In this document: positions 45,946 through 55,922 of the stretch, in pieces
Numbering within the stretch: position 1 is the stretch's first letter
Layout of the letters: each line of letters starts with the position of its first letter
Source of the DNA: Candidatus Rokubacteria bacterium 13_1_40CM_69_27
Lineage (GTDB): Bacteria > Methylomirabilota > Methylomirabilia > Rokubacteriales > CSP1-6
Direction of reading: 5' to 3'
DNA: 64,000 nt
NCBI GenBank assembly: GCA_001917535.1
Contig: MNEF01000029.1
Location: forward strand, 13,815 to 77,814
Made by a program: the position numbers and the translations under genes
The notes under the pieces: generated by a model
The model's input: the letters and a program-made list of their open reading frames with translations, nothing else
Told to the model about the DNA's origin: nothing
The model's database searches: none

Positions 45946-46690
45946 GGCTGATGTGCAGATGCACGCCGTGACTGGACACCGGCTCGATGGTCACCTCGCC
46001 CGTCCCCCGGAGGAACTTCACGCGGGCCCGGTCGCAGGCCTCGGTCAGAGCGGCGAACTCCTCGGCGACGAACGACAGCGCCACCATCCCCTCCGTCCCG
46101 CCCACCTCGTCGGCCGGCACGACCAGCAGCGCGCCCTGGCCCACGCCCAGCATGGTGCGGGGCCCGCCGTTCATCGCCACCTCCGACAGCGCGAAGAGCG
46201 TCTGGAAGATGTCGGCGGTGCGCTTCGGCTCGCTGGCTCCGATCACCAAGCGCTTGAGCTGGAGCGGCGATGGGCGCGCGTCCCCCGCGTCCTCGGCCGG
46301 CGTGGCCAGTTCCACCAGCACGCCGGCGCACGCCCGCGGGTGCAGGAAGGCGATGCGACCGGCCAGGCCCGGGCGCGGCGCCGTGTCGATCAGCTCGACG
46401 CCGCGGTGCTTGAGCCCGGCGAGCGCGGCCTCGACGTCGGGGGTGTCGAAGCAGAGGTGGTGGAGGCCCTCGCCGTGGCGCGCGAGATACCGCCCGACGC
46501 CGCTCGATCCATCGAGCGGCTCCAGCAGTTCGATCTCGCACTCGCCGGCGCCCAGCAGGGCCGCGCGCACGCCCTGATCCGGGAGGTCCGCCTTCCTGAG
46601 CAGCGGAAGCCCCAGCGTATCGCGATAGAACCTATAGGCCTCCGGGAGACGCTTCACCACGATTCCCACGTGATGAATCCGTCGCACCAC
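45929..46690 (-). CDS. Two-domain VOC (glyoxalase/methylmalonyl-CoA-epimerase-like) family protein
   Basis: MVRRIHHVGIVVKRLPEAYRFYRDTLGLPLL...HHLCFDTPDVEAALAGLKHRGVELID...: tandem beta-alpha-beta-beta-beta modules. Confidence 0.7.
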   Translation of the reverse strand: MVRRIHHVGIVVKRLPEAYRFYRDTLGLPLLRKADLPDQGVRAALLGAGECEIELLEPLDGSSGVGRYLARHGEGLHHLCFDTPDVEAALAGLKHRGVELIDTAPRPGLAGRIAFLHPRACAGVLVELATPAEDAGDARPSPLQLKRLVIGASEPKRTADIFQTLFALSEVAMNGGPRTMLGVGQGALLVVPADEVGGTEGMVALSFVAEEFAALTEACDRARVKFLRGTGEVTIEPVSSHGVHLHISRYRFP

Positions 46691-46925
46691 GTTCGGTCCC
46701 TCCTTTAGCGGATGAATGCCGTGACCCGGGGCGCGCGGCCGTCAAGGACACGGAGGCGGTGGTTGGGCAGCACCGGGGCCGGCCGGCGTCGCGGGCGAAG
46801 GAGCAAGCTCGAGGGTCGCGTCGCACGCCGTGAGCTGGCCGACGACGTCGGGGTCAATCGTGATCACCCGCACACCGTACCCGAGGGCCGGCGGCTCTGC
46901 AAGGTGCCGAGGCCCGCGCATCGGA

Positions 46926-48038
46926 TCAGGCCTGGGTGAACAGGCGCCCGAATTGCTTCCAGGGCATCGGCGACGTGGCGGCCACGGCCGCGTTTTCCTC
47001 CACGTGGGCGACCGATTTCATTCCGACCAGCGCCGTGCCGATCCCGGGCGTGGAGCGTACGAACTGGAGCGCGCGCTGCGCGTCCGTGGTGAAGCCTGGC
47101 AGGTACTGGGCCACGACCGGGGGCAGGTTCCGCGTGAGCTGGCCCTGGTACACCGACGCCGAGGCCATCACGTAGACGCCGAGACGGCGCGCGGCCTCCA
47201 CGGTCGTCACCGTCTGGGTCCCCACGCGCTGGTTGGCGCGGGTGAACGCTTCGGGCATGGCGAGGTTGTAAGGGAGTTGAATCACCTTGAAGTGATGGTC
47301 GGGGCCGCCGACGGCGCGGGCGGCGGTCACCAACTCCTCGAGCGACAGATAGTCCGGCGCGTCAGGTGGCTGGCGGTAGCCATTCCACGTCGCCGTGCCG
47401 TAGCAGCCGATCTTCCCTTCCCGGGCGGCCTGCTCGAGGGCCTGGAAGGCGTCGCGAATCCGGGTCAGGAACTCCTCGCGCTCGACCTCCTGGAGCTGGG
47501 TCTCCGGGTTATGCAGGTAATAGACGTCGACGGTCTCCAGGCCGAGGTTCGCGCAGCTGCGGCCGAGCTGATCCTGGAGGTACCGCGGCGTCATGCAGTG
47601 GGCACCGGCCACCACATCGTCGGGGCGAATGATGCCCGGCCGGAGATAGGTTTCGGTGAAGTACGTGCGCGGGTCGAGCGTGGACTCGGCGTCGAGCGGA
47701 ATGTAGCCGCCCTTGGTGGCCACGACCACCTCGTCACGCTGGAGGGTGCCACGGCCGACGAGGTCGCCGAGGGTGGCGCCGACGGCGCGCTCGCTCCGCT
47801 GGTGGCGGTAGTTCACCGCGGTGTCGATGACGTTGAAGCCGCGCTCCACCGCCCGCGTGATCGCGCGCCGGTAGAGGGCGTCGGTCGCGGCGTCCTCGGC
47901 TCCCAGATAGGTGCCGAGGCCGAGGCTCGAGGGCAGCCCCAGGGGCCCGAAGGGCCGAAAATGCTCGACGGGGACGCTCGGTGCACAGCGGGCGGCGTAC
48001 CGCTCGGTCCCGGCGTTCGTCGCGCGACCGGTCAGCAT
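46926..48038 (-). CDS. Aldo/keto reductase family oxidoreductase
   Basis: MLTGRATNAGTERYAAR...LGLGTYLGAED...IDTAVNYRHQRSERAVG...VYYLHNPE...: AKR TIM-barrel motifs. Confidence 0.8.
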   Translation of the reverse strand: MLTGRATNAGTERYAARCAPSVPVEHFRPFGPLGLPSSLGLGTYLGAEDAATDALYRRAITRAVERGFNVIDTAVNYRHQRSERAVGATLGDLVGRGTLQRDEVVVATKGGYIPLDAESTLDPRTYFTETYLRPGIIRPDDVVAGAHCMTPRYLQDQLGRSCANLGLETVDVYYLHNPETQLQEVEREEFLTRIRDAFQALEQAAREGKIGCYGTATWNGYRQPPDAPDYLSLEELVTAARAVGGPDHHFKVIQLPYNLAMPEAFTRANQRVGTQTVTTVEAARRLGVYVMASASVYQGQLTRNLPPVVAQYLPGFTTDAQRALQFVRSTPGIGTALVGMKSVAHVEENAAVAATSPMPWKQFGRLFTQA

Positions 48039-48054
48039 GGCGCCATTATGCCCC

Positions 48055-49629
48055 TCAGCTCTCGCGATAGAACAGCAGGAGCAATCCAACGCCGACCAGG
48101 CAGGCGCGCCAGAGCCAGCCCGGTGTCTCGCCGGCCTCGGGCAGCCGGACCTCCAGCCAGCGCGCCCAGCCGGCGAAGGCTCCAAGGGTCCCCAGCGGCG
48201 CGTGCGCCACTTCAGTGAGGAACTCATCCTTCAGGCTGAACATCGCGTGGGAGTGCGTGAGGAGGAGCCCGCCGCCGACGGCGCAGAGGAGCGGAAAGAC
48301 GTAGCTCCAGGGCCGAGGACGCAGGCGCCCGGTGCGCACCATCCACTCGAAGACGCCGAAGGCGACGATCAGCAGCACGAACGCGCGGTGCTGCAGCACG
48401 TCCGGCAGTGTCATGCTTTCCCAGAAGCCCGTGGGGCCGAGCGGCCAGGCCCGGGGATCGTTGCGGATGAAAAGGAAGGTCGCCAACCCCAGCAGCGCGA
48501 GCGGCCAGTGGCGCCCCCCGCGCAGGCCGAGGCGCTCGAGCACCGCGAGCGACCCCATGGCCAGCACGAACAGTCCCGCCCAGTGGTGGTTGTACTCCGA
48601 CCACGCGCGCTCGATGGGCTTGCGCTCCCCCGGCGGCGCCATGAGCGGATCGGCAGTACGTAGCAGCTCGTCGATCGGGGGGCTGGCCAGGCGCGGCGGC
48701 GCGGGCGCGAACCGCGAGGCGACCTCGGCGACGGTCGCCCGGTCGGCCCGCACGTCCACCGCCGGCGGCAGCGAGGTGAGGGACGCCGCGGCGAAGAGGA
48801 CGGTGACGCCAAGCCCGAGCTCCACCTCCACGAAGCGCGCCAGGCGCGCGGTCGACGCCGCGGCGGCCCGACGCACCAGACGGAAGTTGGCGTAGGCGAG
48901 CACCAGGGCGGCCCCGAGCAGCACGACCTTGCTGAGGATCATCACCCCGTACGCGGTGCCCACCAGAGCCGCGAGATCGCCCACGTACATCACCGTCAGC
49001 GTGGCCCCCGTCGCCGTGAGCGCGGCCACGGCGCCGAGCGCCATCGACGAAAAGCGGCGCGCCACCACGCCGTCGCGAGGGTCCGCCTCGTCCCGGCCCC
49101 GCACCGCGTGGAGCGTGAGGTGGGCGAGACCACCCACCCAGACCGCGACGGCGAGCTGGTGGGCGGCGTCGATTGCGAAGAGGAGCGCGCGATCGCTCAC
49201 GCGGGCGACGGCGTGGCTCAGCGCCGCCGACGAGACGACGAGGGACAGGCCTAGCGCCGCCAGCGCCGCCCAGGCCCGCCGCCCCGCGGCGCGGTGCGCC
49301 AGTCTCGCCGCCACCAGGCCCAGTACCACGCCGAGGACGATGCGCCCCAGCGCGATGCGCGCGAAGGTCGTTTCTAAGTAGAGCCCCAGCTGGAGCCCGC
49401 CGGTCCTGGCGGCGAGATCCCCGAGGAGCAGCAGCACGATCGCGCCCTGCACGGCCGCTGCGAGCCACGCCGCGATCGAGACCACGCGGAGCGAGGCGAA
49501 CGTGGCGGCGTCGGGCTTCGCGTAAGGCTCCGCCCGGAGGACCAGGCGAAGCCAGGCGATGCCGCCGACGGCCACGCTGACGCACGTCAGCAGCAACCCC
49601 CGCAGGAGCACGTCCAGGAAGCCCGCCAT
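48055..49629 (-). CDS. copD: CopD-family copper resistance membrane protein fused to a C-terminal CtaG/caa3-assembly-like domain (524 aa)
   Basis: MAGFLDVLLRGLLLTCVSVAVGG... ~14 TM; C-terminal ...FEWMVRTGRLRPRPWSYVFPLLCAVGGGLLLTHSHAM...; immediately downstream of copC. Confidence 0.7.
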   Translation of the reverse strand: MAGFLDVLLRGLLLTCVSVAVGGIAWLRLVLRAEPYAKPDAATFASLRVVSIAAWLAAAVQGAIVLLLLGDLAARTGGLQLGLYLETTFARIALGRIVLGVVLGLVAARLAHRAAGRRAWAALAALGLSLVVSSAALSHAVARVSDRALLFAIDAAHQLAVAVWVGGLAHLTLHAVRGRDEADPRDGVVARRFSSMALGAVAALTATGATLTVMYVGDLAALVGTAYGVMILSKVVLLGAALVLAYANFRLVRRAAAASTARLARFVEVELGLGVTVLFAAASLTSLPPAVDVRADRATVAEVASRFAPAPPRLASPPIDELLRTADPLMAPPGERKPIERAWSEYNHHWAGLFVLAMGSLAVLERLGLRGGRHWPLALLGLATFLFIRNDPRAWPLGPTGFWESMTLPDVLQHRAFVLLIVAFGVFEWMVRTGRLRPRPWSYVFPLLCAVGGGLLLTHSHAMFSLKDEFLTEVAHAPLGTLGAFAGWARWLEVRLPEAGETPGWLWRACLVGVGLLLLFYRES

Positions 49630-49638
49630 CGTGATGCG

Positions 49639-49995
49639 CTACGGCCTGATCCGGAAGGGGAAGGCGCCGCTCACCAGATGGCCATCGGTAGAGAGCACGG
49701 ACCACTCCAGGCGGTACGCTCCCGGCCCCAGGGTCGGCGCCTCCGCCTCCAGCTGCTCGGAGGGCCCGTCGGGCAGCGTCGCCAGCACGCGCGCCTCACC
49801 ACGCGGGTCGACGAGGCGGATACGCGAGAGGCGCTTCTCGATCCGGTTGTTGAACCTGAGGCTGACGCGGGCCGGCGGCGCGACCACGGCGCCGGCAGCG
49901 GGCGACGAATCGAGCAGGAGCGAGTGAGCGGAGGCGGCCGCCCCCAGGCTCAGGAGCAGGGCGCCGGCGATGAGGGTAAGCCAGCGGGACGTCAA
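49639..49995 (-). CDS. copC: CopC-family periplasmic copper-binding protein (TTG start)
   Basis: LTSRWLTLIAGALLLSLGAAASAHSLLLDSSPAAGAVVAPPARVSLRFNNRIEKRLSRIRLVDPRGEARVLATLPDG...: mature N-terminal His right after the signal-peptidase site, as in CopC; TTGA overlap with upstream stop. Confidence 0.7.
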   Translation of the reverse strand: MTSRWLTLIAGALLLSLGAAASAHSLLLDSSPAAGAVVAPPARVSLRFNNRIEKRLSRIRLVDPRGEARVLATLPDGPSEQLEAEAPTLGPGAYRLEWSVLSTDGHLVSGAFPFRIRP

Positions 49996-51023
49996 CGCCA
50001 GTCGTCGAGCACCAGGTGGGTGGGGTCCTCGTACCCCTCCTGCTTGCCGCGCTGCATGCGGACCATCGTGAAGTCGACCTGATACCCCCCGCGGAGCAAG
50101 GTGCTGTAGGCCGTCCAGTAGGTCGTATAGGCAGGCAGGATGACCCGCTGGATGCCCAGCTCGTGGCCGAGATCCTCGAGCGCCGCGATGAACTGCTCGA
50201 GGTACTCCACCCGCTTCTGCTGTGGATCGATGGCGAGGTACTTGACGTAGAGGGTGCCCGCGGGCGCCTCGCTCACGCCGGGCGTGTGATAGATCGCAAA
50301 GCCCACCAGATCGCGGCCGCGCTCCAGCAGCAGAGTGTCCCCCAGCGCGAGGCCATCGACGATCTCGACCTCCTTGGCCAGGTCGAGGCCCCGGCACACG
50401 GCGTTGGTGATCCGGTGGAATCGCGCGAGCGCCGCCTTCTTTTTCGTCTCCTCCAGCGTGGAGAAGCGACGCGCTGCCAGCGGCCCCTTCGGCGAGCGGG
50501 GCGCCGCGCTCCGGCTGTCGCGCCGCTCGAGCACCCGGCTCATCACCACCATCAGACCCTTCGGCCGGTAGCCGAACTTGTGATAGATGGCGAGATGCTT
50601 CGCGCTCGTCGGATAGGTGACGCAACCGTGCAAGGCGACCTTGTTCTCCTCGAAGAAGTCCTCGACCGCCTGGATGAGCTGCTGGCCGATCTTCTGGTTC
50701 TGATAGTTCGTGAGCACCGCGATGGGCCCGATCACGCCGACGGCGCCCCACGTCACGCCCAGCCCCGCCCCGACGATCTTGGACTGATCCTCCTCGGCGA
50801 CGAAGCAGCCCCAGGGCTCCATGAGCCAGCGGTGGTGGACGTACTGGGCGCCACCGAACGGTTGCCGCGGGCGCGTCCCCAGCTGGCGCTCGAGGAAATC
50901 GCTGAAGGTCTGCTCGATGACGTCGCGGACCTTGGAGAGATCGCCCTTGCGGACGCGCCGGATCTGGACCTTGGTCGAACGCCCGTGGGAATCGATCCCG
51001 ACGCGGTCGACCGTCGCCCTCAC
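49992..51023 (-). CDS. GNAT-family N-acetyltransferase (two-domain, GTG start)
   Basis: VRATVDRVGIDSHGRSTKVQIRRVRKGDLSKVRDVIEQTFSDFLERQLG...IVGAGLGVTWGAVGVIGPIAVLTNYQNQKIGQQLI...: acetyl-CoA-binding Q/RxxGxG/A-like segment; GTGA overlap with upstream stop. Confidence 0.65.
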   Translation of the reverse strand: MRATVDRVGIDSHGRSTKVQIRRVRKGDLSKVRDVIEQTFSDFLERQLGTRPRQPFGGAQYVHHRWLMEPWGCFVAEEDQSKIVGAGLGVTWGAVGVIGPIAVLTNYQNQKIGQQLIQAVEDFFEENKVALHGCVTYPTSAKHLAIYHKFGYRPKGLMVVMSRVLERRDSRSAAPRSPKGPLAARRFSTLEETKKKAALARFHRITNAVCRGLDLAKEVEIVDGLALGDTLLLERGRDLVGFAIYHTPGVSEAPAGTLYVKYLAIDPQQKRVEYLEQFIAALEDLGHELGIQRVILPAYTTYWTAYSTLLRGGYQVDFTMVRMQRGKQEGYEDPTHLVLDDWR

Positions 51024-51904
51024 GCGGAAGCGCCCGCGAGGTCTTCCAGCAGGGTGATCACGGCGGAGTGGTCGAGGCCGCCACGTCCCTTGACCCGCAA
51101 CGCGTTGAACAACTCCTGCACGACGGCCGTCGCGGGAAGCGGCACGCCGAGCGCGCGCGCGGCCTCCATGATGAGGCCGAGATCCTTGTAGTGCAGGTCG
51201 ATCTTGAAGCCGGGCTTGTAGCTGCTGGCGATGTAGTTGGGCGCCTTCTGGTCGAGGCACTTCGACCCCGCCAGTCCGCCCGCGAGCGCCTTGAGCGTCA
51301 GCTCACGGTCGAGGCCGGCCTTCTTGGCGAGCGTCAGGGCCTCCCCGAGCGCGGTCAGGTTGATGGCGACGATGATCTGGTTGGCCAGCTTGGTGAAGCC
51401 GCCGGACCCGAGCGGCCCCAGGTGCGTGATCGTCTTGCCCATCGCCTGGAAGATCGGCAGCACCGACTCGAAGATGGCCTTGTCGCCGCCCACCATGATG
51501 GAGAGCGCGCCCTCGATCGCGCCCTTCTCACCCCCGGAGACGGGGGCATCCAGCATCCTGACGCCCTTGGCCTCGAGCGCCTTGCCGACCTTCTGCGACA
51601 CGATGGGCGAGATCGTGGACATGTCCACGAAGATCAGCCCCGAGCGCACGCCCTCGATGATCCCGTCTCTGCCGAGCGCGACCAGCTCGACGTCGGGGGA
51701 GTTCGGAAGCATGGTGACGAGGACATCGCACCGGCCGGCCACGTCCCTGGGCGATGCGGCGGCCTTGGCTCCGGCCGCAACCAGTTCGTCTACCGACCCC
51801 CGGCTTCGGTTGTAGACTACCAGGGGGTAACCCGCCGATACCAGTCTTCTGGCCATGGGGCGGCCCATAATGCCAAGACCAATAAATCCAACGACTTGCG
51901 CCAT
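51020..51904 (-). CDS. 3-hydroxyisobutyrate dehydrogenase-family NAD(P)-dependent oxidoreductase
   Basis: MAQVVGFIGLGIMGRPMARRLVSAGYPLVVYNRS...DAPVSGGEKGA...: HIBADH/6PGDH N- and C-domains. Confidence 0.8.
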   Translation of the reverse strand: MAQVVGFIGLGIMGRPMARRLVSAGYPLVVYNRSRGSVDELVAAGAKAAASPRDVAGRCDVLVTMLPNSPDVELVALGRDGIIEGVRSGLIFVDMSTISPIVSQKVGKALEAKGVRMLDAPVSGGEKGAIEGALSIMVGGDKAIFESVLPIFQAMGKTITHLGPLGSGGFTKLANQIIVAINLTALGEALTLAKKAGLDRELTLKALAGGLAGSKCLDQKAPNYIASSYKPGFKIDLHYKDLGLIMEAARALGVPLPATAVVQELFNALRVKGRGGLDHSAVITLLEDLAGASA

Positions 51905-51940
51905 GAAACCCCCATGCGGAGAGGGCTCAGTTTGGATCGT

Positions 51941-51985
51941 AAGCCCGCCGACACATAACACACGGTTGCGCAGTGGGTCAAGGCG
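51941..51985 (-). promoter_or_regulatory. Candidate sigma70-type promoter for the minus-strand HIBADH-GNAT-copCD operon
   Basis: Reverse strand reads TTGACC-17 nt-TTATGT about 40 nt upstream of the ATG at 51904, inside a locally lower-GC spacer (51.91-52.06 kb); GGGGG 5 nt before the ATG as possible RBS. Confidence 0.3.
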
Positions 51986-52179
51986 TATTCAGCCTATTGA
52001 CACGCATGTATGGCCGTAAAACCATTCTTAATAATCCCGGTCGAAATACTTCGTGGCGAACGCGCCGGCGGTGCTCGGCTTCGACCCCTTCGCCCGCTTC
52101 GCCCACTGCATCGTCCGCGTGGCGACGCGCGGCCGGCGCGGCTGAAGCCAGCGCGCGCCGACCGGCCACCGCGGCGGCG

Positions 52180-54111
52180 CTACTTCTTGGCCCCCCAGAG
52201 GTCCCGGGCCAGCCAGTCGAGCCGCAGATCCTTGAGCGTCTTGGGGAGGGGCTTGCCGGTCTTGCGGTCGTAGCCCACCTGCACGTACCAGGTGTCGACC
52301 ATCTTCTCCCACTGCTCGCTGACGGCCTGCCCCTTGGCCGGGCCGTCGTGCGGCGTGGAGCCGTAGCGGGCCGACGGCCGCTCGAGCTTCGGGCCGATGC
52401 CACAGCGGAGCCGCACCGATCGTAGGATCGCGGCGGTGCGCCGCCCGAACCTCATCGCCTCGTCCAGGGTGTAGTACCAGCCGGTGGCCGCCGAGAGCGC
52501 TCGACAGAGGTTCTCCATGCGCGTGCGTGCGGTGAAGATGCAGATGCCCAGCGAGTCTTCGAAGTGGCGACGCCCGAGGATGCCGGCGACCTGCCGGGAC
52601 ACCGCCTCGCCGTCGAAGGGGGTGATGCGCGTGGGCAGCCCCAGCTCGGCCACGTGGACGGGGACGCCGCTTTCCAGGGTTCCGGTGCCGGCCGTGCAGG
52701 TGTCGAGCATCTCGTCCCAGCGCCCGCGGTGATCGTGGCCCCGCGGCGAGGCGCCCAGCAGTGTGTAGATCGCGCACTCCTTGGCCCGGCCGCCCAGGCG
52801 CTCGGCGGCGATCTTCACGCCCTCGGCCAGCAGGTCGCCGAGCCCCTCGCGGTGCGAGATCATCCGCAGCAGCCGGTGGGCGCCCTTGATGTCGCCCCAG
52901 CGGAGCTCGAAGCCCAGCTGCTGCTTGGTGATGTAGCCCTTCTCCTGGCACTCCATCACCCAGCCGCAGACCCAGCCGAACTCGTTGACGTCCACGCAGG
53001 CACGATCGCACTCGGTGTTGAGCCAGGAGATCCCTTCCTTGTCCCGCGCGCCGATCTGCCAGCCGCAGCCCGACCACCCTTCGTACTCCGGCTCATCGAC
53101 GACCTTCCCCTTGTGCTCGCCGCCGCGGATCACCTGCATATGGCAGTGGTGCATGCCGCAGGCGTTGCACTGGTGACCGCGGTGGTCGAAGCCCTCCCGC
53201 AGCTTGGGGGCTTCCCAGGTCGACGTGTCGTCGTAGGGCACGTTGGTCGTGTAGTTCTTGATGGGCAGCATGCCGAGCTTGGAGAGGTTGACGACGCCCG
53301 GCAGGGTGCCGTACTCGTACAGCGACTTCGCCGAGGGGTCGGTGCGGAGGTCGTGGGCGATGTCATCGGCGGCCTGGATCACGCCGCGGTAATCGGCGGC
53401 CGTGAGGGCCTGCGTCCCCTTCACGATGGCCACCGCCTTGAGCTTTTTCTTACCCATGACCGCGCCGCACCCGTTCTTCGAGGCGACGTGGCCATAGTCG
53501 CCGTGGATGGCCGCGAAGCGCACCAGGTTCTCGCCGGCCGGGCCGATGGCATACACGGACAGCTGATGGCCGGAGAGCCCGTGGGCGGCGCCGAGCGCCT
53601 CCTGCGTCTCCCAGGTGTCCTTGTCCAGCAGGAACTTCGCATCGCGCAGCTCGACGACGTCGTCGTCGATGTAGAGATAGGCCCAGTCCTTCGACCGCCC
53701 CTGCACGATGATCGCGTCGTACCCGGAGTACTTGAGGTTCGTCCCGAAGAACCCGTTGGCCTGGGTGGACGTGGGGCCGTTGGTCTGGGCCCCGATGGTG
53801 ACGACCGTGAGCGCGCCCGTCCCCCACACGGGCAGGCCCGCCAGCGGACCGGTGGCGAGCACGAGCCGGTTGTCGGGATGGTCCCAGGCGACGTTGCCCT
53901 TGCCGCCGCGCGTGGCGGTCTCCCGGTAGAGGATCAGCGCTCCCAGCCCGACGCCGCCGAGCAGGTCACGCATCTCGTCCGGGCTCCAGGGCTCGGCCCA
54001 GCACTTCTTGCGCGTGAGATCGACGCGGAGGAGACGGCCGGCGTAGGCGCCGGGGCGCGCAGGGGCCGACTTCGTCTTGGTCGCCGACGCGGCGAGGGTC
54101 GGGGGGCTCAT
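52180..54111 (-). CDS. aor: Tungsten-containing aldehyde:ferredoxin oxidoreductase (AOR family)
   Basis: MSPPTLAAS...YAGRLLRVDLTRKKCWAEPW...GGVGLGALILY...CNACGMHHCHMQ...: AFOR_N + AFOR_C domains with tungstopterin/4Fe-4S ligand region. Confidence 0.9.
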   Translation of the reverse strand: MSPPTLAASATKTKSAPARPGAYAGRLLRVDLTRKKCWAEPWSPDEMRDLLGGVGLGALILYRETATRGGKGNVAWDHPDNRLVLATGPLAGLPVWGTGALTVVTIGAQTNGPTSTQANGFFGTNLKYSGYDAIIVQGRSKDWAYLYIDDDVVELRDAKFLLDKDTWETQEALGAAHGLSGHQLSVYAIGPAGENLVRFAAIHGDYGHVASKNGCGAVMGKKKLKAVAIVKGTQALTAADYRGVIQAADDIAHDLRTDPSAKSLYEYGTLPGVVNLSKLGMLPIKNYTTNVPYDDTSTWEAPKLREGFDHRGHQCNACGMHHCHMQVIRGGEHKGKVVDEPEYEGWSGCGWQIGARDKEGISWLNTECDRACVDVNEFGWVCGWVMECQEKGYITKQQLGFELRWGDIKGAHRLLRMISHREGLGDLLAEGVKIAAERLGGRAKECAIYTLLGASPRGHDHRGRWDEMLDTCTAGTGTLESGVPVHVAELGLPTRITPFDGEAVSRQVAGILGRRHFEDSLGICIFTARTRMENLCRALSAATGWYYTLDEAMRFGRRTAAILRSVRLRCGIGPKLERPSARYGSTPHDGPAKGQAVSEQWEKMVDTWYVQVGYDRKTGKPLPKTLKDLRLDWLARDLWGAKK

Positions 54112-55454
54112 ACGGCCACCGGAGTCGTGCCGGGCGCTTTGGACGGACGCCCCAGCACGGTCTGAGGGAGCAGCTTGCTCGTCGCCTTCGAGGCGATGTA
54201 GGCCGGCTTGATGTCGAATGGGTTCTTCCGGAGGTAGTCCTTGAAGCGCGCGAGCGAGACCTGGGAATGCACGAGGCCCTTGAGCATACCGATGTCGTTC
54301 GTCGTCCAGATGGCGCTCGAGAGGCCCACGATGATGGCGCCGGTCAGCCGGTCGCCCGTCCACAGGAGTTTGCGATAGGCGGACCGATCCGACTTGACCC
54401 CCGTCACCGCCTCGGCCTTGGGATCGTCCCAGGCGCCGAACGACGCGATGTCGAGGTGGCAGACCTCGACGATGTTCATGGAGAGGCTCCCGCGGTAGGG
54501 GACCTGGCGCCCCGCCATGTTGGCGCCGACCACCCGCCCGTGCTCCTGCGCCGTCGGCTCGATGGCGTGGACCACACTGGCGCCCGAGATCAGCTCACGC
54601 CCCTCGGCGACGTCACCGGCGGCATAGACGTTGGGAACGGTCGAACGGAGATGGTCGTCCACGACGATGCCCTGGTCGATCCGGAGACCCGCGCCCTTCA
54701 GCCATTCGAGATTCGCCCTGATGCCCGTGGCCATGATCACCACGTCAGCGACGATGTCGGCGCCTTTGGCGAACCGGAGCCGCTTCCGGATTGTCTTGGA
54801 GCCGCGGGCGCCGGGGACATCCTCGATGTGGGCGAGCCGGGCGTCGGTGCGGATGGTCACCCCGTGTTTCCGGAGCCACGCCTCCACCACGTCGGCGCCG
54901 GTGGCATCGATCATGCGCGGCAGGATCCGCGGCGCGATCTCGACGATGGTGAGCGTGGCGCCCCGGGCCAGGATCGAGTTGAGGATGGTGAAGGCGATGA
55001 AGCCGGCGCCCACCATGACGACATGGCTCCCCGGCCTGGTGTCGGCGATGAGCCGGCGGCACTCGTCGAGCGTCCAGAACGAGTGCACGCCCCGTCCGTC
55101 GGCGCCGGGCACCGGCGCCTTGACCGGGGAAGAGCCCGTGGCGATCAGGCAGTCGTCGTACGCGATCGTGGTCCCGTCGTCGAGCGTGCAGACGTTGGCC
55201 TTGGTATCGAGGCTCGCCGCCCGCCGGCCGAGATGGGCCTTCACCCCCCACTCGGCCAGCACCCCCGCCGTGGCCGTGAAGACGTGCGACTCGGCGATCG
55301 AGCGGTCCAGATAATACGGCAGCACCATCCGGGAGTACGGCTTCTCGGCGCTGACGAGGGTGAGCTCCGACCGCTCCTTCTCCTCTTCGCGGATCGTGCG
55401 CATGGCGTTCATGCCCGCCGTGCCGCCGCCGATGATCAGATGGCGCGCCGGCAT
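54108..55454 (-). CDS. FAD-dependent pyridine-nucleotide-disulfide-family oxidoreductase (AorC-like NAD(P)-binding subunit)
   Basis: MPARHLIIGGGTAGMNAMRTIREEE...HVVMVGAGFIAFTILNSILARG...AAGDVAEG...: two GxGxxG dinucleotide sites; ATGA overlap with aor. Confidence 0.8.
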   Translation of the reverse strand: MPARHLIIGGGTAGMNAMRTIREEEKERSELTLVSAEKPYSRMVLPYYLDRSIAESHVFTATAGVLAEWGVKAHLGRRAASLDTKANVCTLDDGTTIAYDDCLIATGSSPVKAPVPGADGRGVHSFWTLDECRRLIADTRPGSHVVMVGAGFIAFTILNSILARGATLTIVEIAPRILPRMIDATGADVVEAWLRKHGVTIRTDARLAHIEDVPGARGSKTIRKRLRFAKGADIVADVVIMATGIRANLEWLKGAGLRIDQGIVVDDHLRSTVPNVYAAGDVAEGRELISGASVVHAIEPTAQEHGRVVGANMAGRQVPYRGSLSMNIVEVCHLDIASFGAWDDPKAEAVTGVKSDRSAYRKLLWTGDRLTGAIIVGLSSAIWTTNDIGMLKGLVHSQVSLARFKDYLRKNPFDIKPAYIASKATSKLLPQTVLGRPSKAPGTTPVAV

Positions 55455-55922
55455 CACCGGACTCCCGCCAGCAGGCGCGTCGTCCGCTCGGCGGCGAAAT
55501 CTCCGAGCCAGTCGACGGTCGGGACGTCGTCGTAAGTGATGGCGGCGGTGGGACAGGCCTGAGCGCAGGCGGGATCGCCGCCGCACAGGTTGCACTTGAA
55601 CGCCTTCCGCGTGTCGGGATCGTAGAACATTGTCCCGTAGGGGCAGGCGATGGTGCAGAGCTTGCAGCCGACGCAGGTGTCGTCGAGCACGTCCTTGGCG
55701 CCCGCCGCGTTGATCGTGATGGCCCCCACCGGGCACGCCGTCATGCACCACCCCTCGGCGCACTGCGGGCACGTGTAGGGCGCGTAGGAGGTGTGGCCCT
55801 CGAAGGGGGAGACGCGGATGACCGACTTCGCTGGCTGGAACGTCCCCGTCTGCATGTACGAGCAGGCGATCTCGCACCGCAAGCAGCCGGTGCACTTCTC
55901 GGGCATGATCTTGAGGATCCTC
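55454..55922 (-). CDS. 4Fe-4S dicluster ferredoxin (AorA-like electron-transfer subunit)
   Basis: MRILKIMPEKCTGCLRCEIACSY...CPQCAEGWCMTACPVGAI...CVGCKLCTIACPYG...CNLCGGDPACAQACPTAAI: four Cys clusters; TGATG overlap with downstream gene. Confidence 0.8.
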
